This document shows, one piece after another, positions 10,496-18,792 of a DNA stretch of 64,000 nt. The number at the start of each line of letters is the position of its first letter. Position 1 is the first letter of the stretch. The position numbers and the translations under genes were made by a program. The stretch comes from Anaerolineales bacterium. GTDB taxonomy: Bacteria > Chloroflexota > Anaerolineae > Anaerolineales > UBA11579. The stretch is taken from NCBI GenBank assembly GCA_050115475.1, contig JASFQL010000001.1, positions 62,554-126,553 on the forward strand, written 5' to 3'. The notes beneath the pieces were generated by a model, which worked only from the letters and a program-made list of their open reading frames with translations, made no database searches and had not been told where the DNA came from.

Positions 10496-11284
10496 TTGAG
10501 ACACATCACCCTGTTGACAGATTTTGGCACGACCGAAGGGGAACAGACCGTCATGAAAGGGGTTATCTGGAACATCGTTCCGGGCAACCCCATTGCCGAT
10601 TTGACCCACGACATCAACCCGCAGAGCATCCTCGAAGCCAGTCTCGTCCTCGAACGAACGGCGCATTTTTTCCCGCCAGAGACGGTGCACATCGTTGTGG
10701 TGGATCCTGGCGTTGGGACAGAACGGCGGCCTATCGCTGCCCGGTTCGGGGACCAGTTCTTCGTAGGACCCGATAACGGTGTGTGCACCCCGCTGCTCGA
10801 ACGGGCAGAACGTGAAAATAAACCCGTTGAGATTGTCCATTTGGATAAGCCTGAATATTGGCTGGAGACAGACTGCAACATTTTTCACGGCCGCGACATC
10901 TTTTCACCCAGCGGAGGGTACCTCGCCAAAGGGGTGTCGCTGAAAACCTTGGGAACCCCTATCAAGGATGTCATCCGGTTTCACCGCCCCGCGCCCGAAA
11001 TCCGGGGAGACGGCGCTGCTTGCGAAGTTCTCCACGTCGATTACTACGGGAATATCATCGTCAACATTCAGCGGGAGGATTTGGAGGGGTTGAGACCTGT
11101 GAAGATTGATATCGGCAGCGTGACCTTGAATGGCATGAACGATACCTTTGGCGACGTCCCCGAAGGGGAACTGGTGGCTGTTTACAGCCCCACAGGTTTT
11201 CTACTGATTGCTGTCCGCAACGGCAACGCCGCGCAGCATTTGGGTGTTAAACGAGGTGACCCGGTTAGCATAAAATCAACATAA
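10496..11284 (+). CDS. SAM hydroxide adenosyltransferase / SAM hydrolase family protein (DUF62), copy 1
   Basis: 262 aa with ITLLTDFG, VVVDPGVGTERRP, GPDNG and IFHGRDIFSP, the hallmarks of the SalL/FlA/DUF62 fold. Confidence 0.8.
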   Translation: MRHITLLTDFGTTEGEQTVMKGVIWNIVPGNPIADLTHDINPQSILEASLVLERTAHFFPPETVHIVVVDPGVGTERRPIAARFGDQFFVGPDNGVCTPLLERAERENKPVEIVHLDKPEYWLETDCNIFHGRDIFSPSGGYLAKGVSLKTLGTPIKDVIRFHRPAPEIRGDGAACEVLHVDYYGNIIVNIQREDLEGLRPVKIDIGSVTLNGMNDTFGDVPEGELVAVYSPTGFLLIAVRNGNAAQHLGVKRGDPVSIKST

Positions 11285-11300
11285 ACATAGAGGTGAAGTA

Positions 11301-12092
11301 ATGGCTTTTATAACATTGACAACAGATTTTGGTATTCGTGATGGCAACGTGGGGGTGATGAAGGGCGTCATATGGGGGATCGCACCAGAGGCAAAGATTG
11401 CCGATATCAGTCATTTGGTGGGGCCGCAGAACGTCCGTGAGGCTGCTTATATTCTGGCCCGGCAGGTATTTTATTTTCCGGAAAACACCGTCCACATCGT
11501 GGTGGTCGACCCTGGGGTAGGCACACAGCGCCGCCCCATTGCAGCGCAGATTGGGCCGCAGCGTGTCGTCGGGCCGGACAACGGCGTTTTCTCCCCCCTT
11601 TACACGCGGGCGGAGCAGGAAGGTTGGCCGGTGGATATCGTCCACACAAATAAACCCGAGTATTGGGGCGAGAAGATTAGCGATATATTCCACGGTCGTG
11701 ACATCTTCTCGCCTGTCGGTGCACACCTTGCTGCAGGTGTACCGCTGAAGAAGCTGGGTGTATCTATAGACGATCCTGTTCGTATAGATCTACCCGATCC
11801 TAAGAAAACAAAAACCGGTATCGTTGGTGAGGTGATTCGCATCGACCACTTTGGGAATATCATCAGCAACATCCACCGGGATGAAATGGAAGACCTCGGT
11901 GATGTCAGGGTCTCGCTGTGTGACCTGACCCTCGACGGCCTCGTCCGCACCTTTGGCGAACGGGAACCTGGCGAGTTGGTGGCCTTGTACAGCAGCACCG
12001 ATTATTTGATCGTGTCCGAGGTGAACGGCGATGCCCAAAAACGCCTTGGCGCTGAAGTCGGAGATGTGATTGAGGTAGTTGCCAGGGAGTAG
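11301..12092 (+). CDS. SAM hydroxide adenosyltransferase / SAM hydrolase family protein (DUF62), copy 2
   Basis: 263 aa carrying the same motif set (ITLTTDFG, VVVDPGVGTQRRP, GPDNG, IFHGRDIFSP). Collinear with copy 1 at roughly half identical positions by eye. Confidence 0.8.
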   Translation: MAFITLTTDFGIRDGNVGVMKGVIWGIAPEAKIADISHLVGPQNVREAAYILARQVFYFPENTVHIVVVDPGVGTQRRPIAAQIGPQRVVGPDNGVFSPLYTRAEQEGWPVDIVHTNKPEYWGEKISDIFHGRDIFSPVGAHLAAGVPLKKLGVSIDDPVRIDLPDPKKTKTGIVGEVIRIDHFGNIISNIHRDEMEDLGDVRVSLCDLTLDGLVRTFGEREPGELVALYSSTDYLIVSEVNGDAQKRLGAEVGDVIEVVARE

Positions 12093-12163
12093 GTAATCAG
12101 TTGATCGGTCAATCAGGAAATATCACGTATATCCTGATTGACTGATACCTGATCACTGATTAC
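12093..12163. terminator. Long imperfect palindrome between convergent genes (possible bidirectional terminator)
   Basis: Core perfect inverted repeat TCAATCAGGA (12109-12118) / TCCTGATTGA (12132-12141). Outer arms GTAATCAG (12093) / CTGATTAC (12156). No clean U-tract. Confidence 0.4.
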
Positions 12164-12225
12164 TTGTAATTAGTAATTAAGTGGTCGTGGGGAAATTAGA
12201 TTCTTAATTCGGCGTTGAAAGCAGC

Positions 12226-13119
12226 TTATTGAGCTAATCCAATAGCCCAATCGATCGCCCATTGCGGCATCCAGAAATCACCCAGTTTGAATCCCCAGTT
12301 GAGGATCAAGCTGGTGACGAAAATGGTCACGCCGATCCCGATCCAGATGTAATCGCGGCGGCGATATGTGAGTTTATCGATCCAGGAGCGTTTCTTGATG
12401 CCAAAACAACGCAGGTCCATGGCGTTGGTGATATCCTCACCGCCCACAATGGCGTTCATGACCAATGGTACGATCAGGGGCGCCACCTTCCGGATCGTGG
12501 TGATAACACCGCCCTCCACTCGATCGATTTCATAGCCGCGGGCCCGTTGAGCATCCAGGGTGATCCCGAAGTCGCGCGCCAATGTGGGGACGAACCGGAA
12601 GGCCAGGTCCATAGAGAAAGCCATCCGGTAAGGAATTCCTATCCCGCTAAAAGCGACCCCATAAAGGCGAGGATCCATAGTCCAGGGCACGATAAAGAAT
12701 AACATCGCGCTTGCCATCATGCGGAGCATTTGAGTGAGTGCAAATACGAGTTTTTCGGCGGTGATGTTTGGATTGAATGTCCAGTTGACCCCAGGGATAG
12801 TATAGGTCGCTTCCCACACCACGTGGGGTTCCATTTCCTGTACAGCCCCAGGTCCCCCTCGTCCGGTAAGGATGGCGTTCAGGCCGATGATTCCAACCAC
12901 GAGGAGAGTCACAAAGATCCACACTCGCTTGGTCTCCTGCCAGGTAAGGCGGGTCATGAAGTATTGGATCAAGGCCAGGATGAAAAAGAAGAGCATGAAG
13001 CGCATATCCCAAAACTGGATGATGGAGAATAGAACCAGCAGGGAAGTGATCCATCTTGCGCGTGTGTCGAGGGATTCAAGAAATGTCCCTCTTGGACGGA
13101 ATTTCCAGGTAACCAGCAT
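12226..13119 (-). CDS. ecfT: ECF transporter transmembrane (T) component
   Basis: 297 aa, polytopic. The CbiQ/EcfT-type region ARDFGITLDAQRARGY carries the conserved Ala-Arg-Gly coupling motif. Confidence 0.8.
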   Translation of the reverse strand: MLVTWKFRPRGTFLESLDTRARWITSLLVLFSIIQFWDMRFMLFFFILALIQYFMTRLTWQETKRVWIFVTLLVVGIIGLNAILTGRGGPGAVQEMEPHVVWEATYTIPGVNWTFNPNITAEKLVFALTQMLRMMASAMLFFIVPWTMDPRLYGVAFSGIGIPYRMAFSMDLAFRFVPTLARDFGITLDAQRARGYEIDRVEGGVITTIRKVAPLIVPLVMNAIVGGEDITNAMDLRCFGIKKRSWIDKLTYRRRDYIWIGIGVTIFVTSLILNWGFKLGDFWMPQWAIDWAIGLAQ

Positions 13120-13137
13120 CGATCAGCCTTTAGAAAG

Positions 13138-13172
13138 TTGTCTGGATGGTTATTATACAACCATCCAGACAA
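13138..13172. repeat. Perfect 14-bp inverted repeat (hairpin) between the ECF S and T genes
   Basis: TTGTCTGGATGGTT (13138-13151), 7-nt spacer, AACCATCCAGACAA (13159-13172). Confidence 0.8.
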
Positions 13173-13188
13173 TAGATATTTAATTCGG

Positions 13189-13737
13189 TCAGCGTCCTGA
13201 CCTGGCCGCGACGGCAGCGTACGCGACCATGAGAATGGGTACCAGGATGGCACCATTCACAGCATCTGTCAATGCGGCAGGGACCCAGTAGCCGACAACA
13301 GCCGTGTTGAAGTCGATACCGCTGAGGGGGATCTCCAGCAAGGAGGGGACCGCCATGCCGACAAGCGCGCCAACTATTGAGTAAATGGCGGCTTTGACAA
13401 GCGTGCCGCCGTCCCTGAAGTTGACCACGCTGGCAGCCATCAATCCGGGGATCAGGCCCATGATACCGTTGCCCAAATCCCAGTGCCACCAGAAGCCCCA
13501 ACCGGTCATGAAGTCACCAAGGATGTTGCCGACAGCGCCGCTTAAGAAGCCGACGACGGGGCCAAAAGCGATCCCAAAGAACATGGGAATAGAGACAGCT
13601 GGCCGTAATGAAACATTACCGGCGGCAGGTAGCGTTAGGATGTTGGTGACGTAGGAAAGGACACCGTATAACGCTGCGCCAATAGCCGCATAGACGACTT
13701 CGCGTGTCCCGAATTTCCAAAGTGATTTATTTTCCAT
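13189..13737 (-). CDS. ECF transporter substrate-specific (S) component, substrate unknown
   Basis: 182 aa with about 6 hydrophobic segments, located between the ECF ATPase and T genes. Confidence 0.65.
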   Translation of the reverse strand: MENKSLWKFGTREVVYAAIGAALYGVLSYVTNILTLPAAGNVSLRPAVSIPMFFGIAFGPVVGFLSGAVGNILGDFMTGWGFWWHWDLGNGIMGLIPGLMAASVVNFRDGGTLVKAAIYSIVGALVGMAVPSLLEIPLSGIDFNTAVVGYWVPAALTDAVNGAILVPILMVAYAAVAARSGR

Positions 13738-13846
13738 CGTATATCTCCTCGTTCATAATGATGATTAGTTCGAAAAAAACTGGTATAGCTATTATGATTT
13801 ACCGATAGAGCCACCTCCTTCATATGTGATCATCTTCAATGAAGAC

Positions 13847-15472
13847 TTAGATGTTATGGGCCAGTTCTTCCGCCCGCATAAAACGTCCGGTTGTCGGTAG
13901 ATGTTGAATATTCAAGTCCAGCAGTGAGGTGGGGATGACGCGGCAGCTTCTCAGTAAGGAGGCATCTTTCAGTATCTCTTCTGCAGGGCCATCCGCAGCT
14001 ATCCTGCCATCTGAAAGTAAGATCACCCGGTTTGCATACACAACGGCCAGGTCGAGGTCGTGGGTGATGAAAACGACGGCGTCGAAACCGGGCATTTGCA
14101 GGATCGAATCCATAAAGGCGCGGTAGTTCCAATAGTCCTGTCCAGCTGTGGGTTCGTCCATCATCAAAATACGGGAACGCATCGATAAGATGGCGCCAAT
14201 GCTGACCCTTTTTTGCTGGCCGTAAGATAGGGCCAGGGGAGGTGAATCGAAGTATTCCTCCATATTGACGGTTTGCCCTGCCCACTCGACATTTTCTTTG
14301 GTTGTTTTTTCGTCAAAACGTAAATTCTCAGGCCCAAAGGCAAACTCTTCTTTGACCGAGGGCGCAAACAGCATCTGCCCCGGATTCTGGAAGACATAGC
14401 CAACGGTCTGTGCGCTTTTCGCCACGGTGGTATCAAGGGTATCTTTGTCTTCCAAGAAGACATTTCCCTCAAAAGGCTTGAGGAGGCCAAGGGCATGTTT
14501 TACCAGAGTGGTTTTCCCCGAGCCGTTTGGCCCCAGCAGGGCGATAATGTCCCCTTTGTTGATGGTAAAGCTGACATTATGCAGCACCTGCGGCAGGTCT
14601 TTATCGTATCGGAAGCACACGTTGTTGAAAGAAACTAAAGTCCCCTCATCCTGTCTATCTCCGGAGACCCCCACCACGGGCTTGTACTCAGGGGGCGGAT
14701 CGTTTTTTGCCCTCGACACAACGATTTCCGCCGGTAGTTTAATCATGTGGTAATCCGCCGTCTTCATAAGCCCTTCTGGCGTTCCACTGTAGGCTTCCTC
14801 CCCTTCTACCAGGTAAAAGACGGTATCTGGCTTTATCGTCAAAACATCGTCCACACGGTGCTCGACGAGCATGATGGATATACCCTCATCGGCCAGCCGC
14901 CTGAACAGCGCTAGCGCGTCTTGAGCGGAAGCAGGGTCGAGGCTGGCAAGCGGTTCATCCAGGATGAGGATCTTCGGATGCATCGCCAGTGCGCCTGCCA
15001 GGGCAACCTTTTGCTTCTCTCCCCCGGACAATGAAAAGGTCTCCCGGTCTTTCAAATGGAGAATGTCTAGATATTCCAAGACTTCGTCCACACGAGGCAT
15101 GATTTCCTCACGCGTCATGGCGAGGTTTTCCAGCCCGAATGCGATCTCGTTCAACACATAGCTGGAGACGATCTGTCGCTCTGGATCCTGCAAGAGTGTG
15201 CCTACAGTTTGAGACAGCTCAGACATACTCAGCTCGTCGATTGGTTTGCCGTAGAGCTCGACTTCCCCCTCCAGCGTCCCCCGGTATGTGCGGGGGATCA
15301 AACCGTTGATACAGCGCATCAATGTGGTTTTGCCGCATCCACTTGCCCCTGCAACCAGCATTAACTCGCCTGTATGCAGGTCAAGGCTGATGTTGCGTAC
15401 CGCTGGCTCTTCACGGATACGATATTGGAATGTAAGGTCATTTATCTTGAGCGGAAGGTTGTTCGATGTCAT
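13847..15472 (-). CDS. ECF transporter ATPase, fused tandem ABC domains (EcfA1-A2 type)
   Basis: 541 aa. Two Walker A sites (GASGCGKTT, GPNGSGKTT), two signature motifs (LSGGEKQKV, LSYGQQKRV) and two Walker B sites (ILILDEP, ILMMDEP). Confidence 0.85.
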   Translation of the reverse strand: MTSNNLPLKINDLTFQYRIREEPAVRNISLDLHTGELMLVAGASGCGKTTLMRCINGLIPRTYRGTLEGEVELYGKPIDELSMSELSQTVGTLLQDPERQIVSSYVLNEIAFGLENLAMTREEIMPRVDEVLEYLDILHLKDRETFSLSGGEKQKVALAGALAMHPKILILDEPLASLDPASAQDALALFRRLADEGISIMLVEHRVDDVLTIKPDTVFYLVEGEEAYSGTPEGLMKTADYHMIKLPAEIVVSRAKNDPPPEYKPVVGVSGDRQDEGTLVSFNNVCFRYDKDLPQVLHNVSFTINKGDIIALLGPNGSGKTTLVKHALGLLKPFEGNVFLEDKDTLDTTVAKSAQTVGYVFQNPGQMLFAPSVKEEFAFGPENLRFDEKTTKENVEWAGQTVNMEEYFDSPPLALSYGQQKRVSIGAILSMRSRILMMDEPTAGQDYWNYRAFMDSILQMPGFDAVVFITHDLDLAVVYANRVILLSDGRIAADGPAEEILKDASLLRSCRVIPTSLLDLNIQHLPTTGRFMRAEELAHNI

Positions 15473-15623
15473 GGTTACCTGAATCTATATTGAAATATAA
15501 TACTCATTCAGAGTAATTATACCTGTTTGTGGAAACACTGGGGGTGATAGACAGTTGCGACTTTAAAAGTGTGTTTTTCAAGAAAAGCTGTGTTTCTATG
15601 GCATAATACCCGTGAATGAACCC

Positions 15624-16736
15624 ATGTCCACACAGAAACTAAGCATCCATCTCATAGCTGCCGCGCGGCCGAACTTCATGAAGGTTGCCCCGCTCTACCA
15701 CGCCCTCAAACAGGAGCGTTGGTGCGAACCCCTCCTCGTGCATACTGGCCAGCATTACGACGAAAATATGTCGGCGAGTTTCCTGCGCGATTTGAACCTC
15801 CCCGAGCCGGATATCTACCTGGGTGTGGGCAGTGGGACGCATGCCGAGCAGACCGCCCGTGTGATGCTGGCCTATGAAAAGGTATGCCTCGAGAGTTCTC
15901 CAGATTATATTGTGGTGGTTGGAGATGTCAACTCGACCATGGCTGTAGCCATCACGGCTGCCAAACTGGGGCTGCCAACCGCTCACCTGGAAGCCGGGCT
16001 GCGCAGCAGGGACCGCAGTATGCCGGAAGAGATCAACCGGATCGTGACCGATGCCCTCTGTGACCTTTTGTGGACGCCCTCTGAAGACGCGGATGAGAAC
16101 CTCAAGAAAGAAGGTATCCCAGAGGAAAAGATCGTCCGGGTGGGGAACATCATGATGGATTCTTACGAGATGATGCGCGGGAAAATCGAAGCAGAAGAAA
16201 CGTGGGTGCGTCTCGGTCTTTCGCCGAAGGGCTACGGTGTCGTCACCCTCCACAGGCCCTCGAATGTCGATCGGGCTGCTGCGCTTGCCCCCCTCGTATC
16301 TACTCTGATAGCTATGAGCCTAAAAGTGCCTTTGATCTTCCCTGTTCATCCACGCACGATGAAGTCTTTGGCGCAATATGGCTTGCAGGAGAAGTTAGAG
16401 CAAGCCGAAGGGATTACCACCCTGGAGCCGATGGGGTACATCCCCTTCATGAACCTCGTGGGGCAGGCAAAGCTGGTCATCACCGATTCGGGCGGCATCC
16501 AGGAGGAGACCACATACCTGGATATCCCCTGCCTGACCGTGCGGGAGAACACCGAACGCCCCATCACAATTACCCAGGGCACGAACGCACTCGTCAATGC
16601 AGATACCATTATAGTGAACCTGGAGAAAATCCTGGCGGGAGAATGGCGCCAGGGGGTGCGGCCGGACTTATGGGATGGGCACACGGCTGAACGGGTGGTC
16701 GCAAGCCTGAAGCAAGCCGTCGCCAGTCTCGCATAG
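15624..16736 (+). CDS. wecB: UDP-N-acetylglucosamine 2-epimerase (non-hydrolysing)
   Basis: ARPNFMKVAPL, TGQHYD, VVGDVNST, HLEAGLRS and TDSGGIQEE motifs. Start set at the ATG at 15624; the track uses a GTG at 15612. Confidence 0.85.
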   Translation: MSTQKLSIHLIAAARPNFMKVAPLYHALKQERWCEPLLVHTGQHYDENMSASFLRDLNLPEPDIYLGVGSGTHAEQTARVMLAYEKVCLESSPDYIVVVGDVNSTMAVAITAAKLGLPTAHLEAGLRSRDRSMPEEINRIVTDALCDLLWTPSEDADENLKKEGIPEEKIVRVGNIMMDSYEMMRGKIEAEETWVRLGLSPKGYGVVTLHRPSNVDRAAALAPLVSTLIAMSLKVPLIFPVHPRTMKSLAQYGLQEKLEQAEGITTLEPMGYIPFMNLVGQAKLVITDSGGIQEETTYLDIPCLTVRENTERPITITQGTNALVNADTIIVNLEKILAGEWRQGVRPDLWDGHTAERVVASLKQAVASLA

Positions 16737-16766
16737 CGGTAAAATTCGGCGCAAATCGAGCCGCGC

Positions 16767-16795
16767 TTGACAAGTCATTCACATCAGATTAGAAT
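16767..16795 (+). promoter_or_regulatory. Sigma70-type promoter for the tRNA cluster
   Basis: TTGACA (16767-16772), 17-nt spacer, TAGAAT (16790-16795), about 30 nt upstream of tRNA-Phe. Confidence 0.45.
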
Positions 16796-16826
16796 TTCCG
16801 CACATTGAGCGTTATGTCAATCCAAC

Positions 16827-16899
16827 GCCGAGATAGCTCAGTTGGTAGAGCATGCGACTGAAAATCGCAGGGTCGACAGTTCAATTCTGTCTCTCGGCA
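16827..16899 (+). tRNA. tRNA-Phe (GAA)
   Basis: Acceptor stem GCCGAGA/TCTCGGC, D-loop AGCTCAGTTGGTAGAGC, anticodon loop CTGAAAA, T-arm GGTTCAATTC-type. No encoded CCA. Confidence 0.9.
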
Positions 16900-16926
16900 C
16901 TCCCGGTGTGATAGAATGGCCGGTAT

Positions 16927-16999
16927 GCGGGCGTAGTTCAGTTGGTAGAACACCTCCTTGCCAAGGAGAAGGTCACGAGTTCGAGTCTCGTCGCCCGCT
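16927..16999 (+). tRNA. tRNA-Gly (GCC)
   Basis: Acceptor stem GCGGGCG/CGCCCGC, anticodon loop TTGCCAA, T-arm GAGTTCGAGTCTC. Closely resembles the E. coli tRNA-Gly(GCC) sequence as I remember it. No encoded CCA. Confidence 0.9.
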
Positions 17000-17076
17000 C
17001 TTTTTCCCCCACAGGCTGGTAGCGAATGGTTTCCCCCCCGAAGGCACTATTCCCTATCAGCCGAATCATCTAAACT

Positions 17077-17147
17077 GGCGACGTGGCCAAGTGGTAAGGC
17101 ATGGGTCTGCAAAACCCTGATCACGGGTTCGAATCCCGTCGTCGCCT
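17077..17147 (+). tRNA. tRNA-Cys (GCA)
   Basis: Acceptor stem GGCGACG/CGTCGCC, anticodon loop CTGCAAA, T-arm GGGTTCGAATCCC. No encoded CCA. Confidence 0.9.
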
Positions 17148-17153
17148 CTAAAT

Positions 17154-17187
17154 AAAAAAGCTGCCAAACGGCAGCTTTTTTGTTTTT
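17154..17187. terminator. Bidirectional intrinsic terminator
   Basis: AAAAAAGCTGCC-AAAC-GGCAGCTTTTTT, followed by GTTTTT. A-run and T-run flank the stem. It sits between the tRNA cluster (+) and a convergent minus-strand gene. Confidence 0.75.
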
Positions 17188-17201
17188 ATCCCAATTACTA
17201 T

Positions 17202-18716
17202 TTACGGCAAACAATGCGATGCCGTCTCGGGGACGACCTCGTTTTCGTAATGCGCCAGATCGAGCAGCAGAGGATAATCCCCTCCGAAATAGGTATTGAA
17301 GATCACGCGGAATGAATTCACCGGGGTGATGTTGGGGTAAAGGTTCTCGTCCCCCCCATCCGGCATGTAATAGATGTTCAATATTAGTGTGCGGTTTCGC
17401 TTGCTCAAACCGTGGTCTCCCTGGATGATGATGATCGGGGGCACGTCTGACTTTGCCACGATTTCTTTGGCGATAGCCGAGATGCGCTTGGTGATGAACA
17501 AGACCTGGTTGCGGTAGCCTTCCTGTTTATATTCAGCATTGATAGGGTCCCCATTTTTCCCTCCATAAAAACCTGGATCGGTGATGATCTCGCCGTCCGG
17601 CCCGAAAACGTAAGGGGGATGGGGGATCAAGACGTGGGCGATGGTAAAAGTGGGGTCGGGGTTTGCTGGGATTTCGGTAAGTGAATCGAGCATGAACAGT
17701 TGCCGGCTGATGTGGCTGGCGAAGGGATTGGCGCTGTAATCGCTTTCAACCAGCAAATATCTTGAGTCTGAGATTAGTCTGAAGGCCGTGCTGTCCAGCA
17801 GCATGACCTCGAAGGGGGATATTTGCCAGCCGGCGCTGCCCCGGCTCATATAGATATCTGCATCTTCGATCTGGCTCCATTTGAATCCGGTCTCGAAAGC
17901 CACCGTCTGATAGCCCAAGGCTTCTAGTTGGTGGCGTACTTCACTTTGCTGGATGTAGATCCACAGGTCGTCTTGGGCGATCCCTTTGGCTATCTCCAGA
18001 TTCACAGCATACTCCATGTTCAAGGATGTTGAAAAGGATGCCATCGTATGTGGGTAGTTCGACTGGCTGCATTCCGCCACGTAGAAACCCGCCGCGCGCA
18101 AATCGTCCAGGTATTCCGAGATGTCCAGGTCGTAATCGCGGATGAGGGCATCCTGCCGGGTGAAGGTATCCAGCAGGATGTAGTAGATGTCAGGGAGTTC
18201 ACCATCCTGCGGAGGAGTGAGTGTCAGCTCGGCGGCTTTTTCTGCCTCCTCTGTCGCTTTTGCGACTGAAATGTAGAACACGGCGGTTTGGTAAAACGAA
18301 AAGGCGATTAAAAGGATTCCCACAAGGTTTAGGGTTTCGGTGAAAGCAGAGAAGTTTTTCACCTTCCGTAGCATCCACCACAGACCCAAGCCAAGAATGG
18401 CTAAATAGACCGGAGCCAGATAGCGGTGGCGGGCCAAATCTTGGTTGGTGCCTTTGATGGCATCGTAGACGTGCCCGTAAGAAAAGAACAGTATCAGCAG
18501 AAAAGTCGTAATCAGGGCGGCTCGATGGATATCCTTGACTGCCAAGCGAGTAAGCAGGAGTAGAATCCCGGCCAGAAGTAAAGCCAGGATAAACGGCCGC
18601 AGAGCCACGCCAGGCTCGATTTCTTTGATGTTCACGACCAGCAAGGCAAGGACAGGATAGCCTGCTATTAGAAAGGGATGAAGTACGGCGCGTTTGAAAT
18701 AACTCATGGCATTCAT
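17202..18716 (-). CDS. Membrane protein with sulfatase-like (alkaline phosphatase superfamily) extracytoplasmic domain
   Basis: 504 aa with about 5 N-terminal TM helices. LPDIYYILLDTFTR (metal/nucleophile region) and IIIIQGDHG near the C-terminus. Paralogue of the CDS at 62651. Confidence 0.6.
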   Translation of the reverse strand: MNAMSYFKRAVLHPFLIAGYPVLALLVVNIKEIEPGVALRPFILALLLAGILLLLTRLAVKDIHRAALITTFLLILFFSYGHVYDAIKGTNQDLARHRYLAPVYLAILGLGLWWMLRKVKNFSAFTETLNLVGILLIAFSFYQTAVFYISVAKATEEAEKAAELTLTPPQDGELPDIYYILLDTFTRQDALIRDYDLDISEYLDDLRAAGFYVAECSQSNYPHTMASFSTSLNMEYAVNLEIAKGIAQDDLWIYIQQSEVRHQLEALGYQTVAFETGFKWSQIEDADIYMSRGSAGWQISPFEVMLLDSTAFRLISDSRYLLVESDYSANPFASHISRQLFMLDSLTEIPANPDPTFTIAHVLIPHPPYVFGPDGEIITDPGFYGGKNGDPINAEYKQEGYRNQVLFITKRISAIAKEIVAKSDVPPIIIIQGDHGLSKRNRTLILNIYYMPDGGDENLYPNITPVNSFRVIFNTYFGGDYPLLLDLAHYENEVVPETASHCLP

Positions 18717-18792
18717 GTTCTCTATATATTCAAGTGAGTATCAGGCGAAATTCTTCTTAAAAAGCTGGAGGATTTTAACATATTTCGAATAA

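Noticed and set aside
15473-15611. Possible TPP or other vitamin riboswitch upstream of the ECF transporter operon
   Set aside because: On the minus strand I see a TATAAT-like box and a short 5-bp hairpin only. None of the conserved THI-box (CTGAGA...ACCTGA) or other riboswitch cores that I know is present.
16842-17155. Track ORFs of 92 and 65 aa on the plus strand
   Set aside because: They run straight through three well-formed tRNA genes (Phe, Gly, Cys), so the ORFs are by-products of the tRNA sequence.
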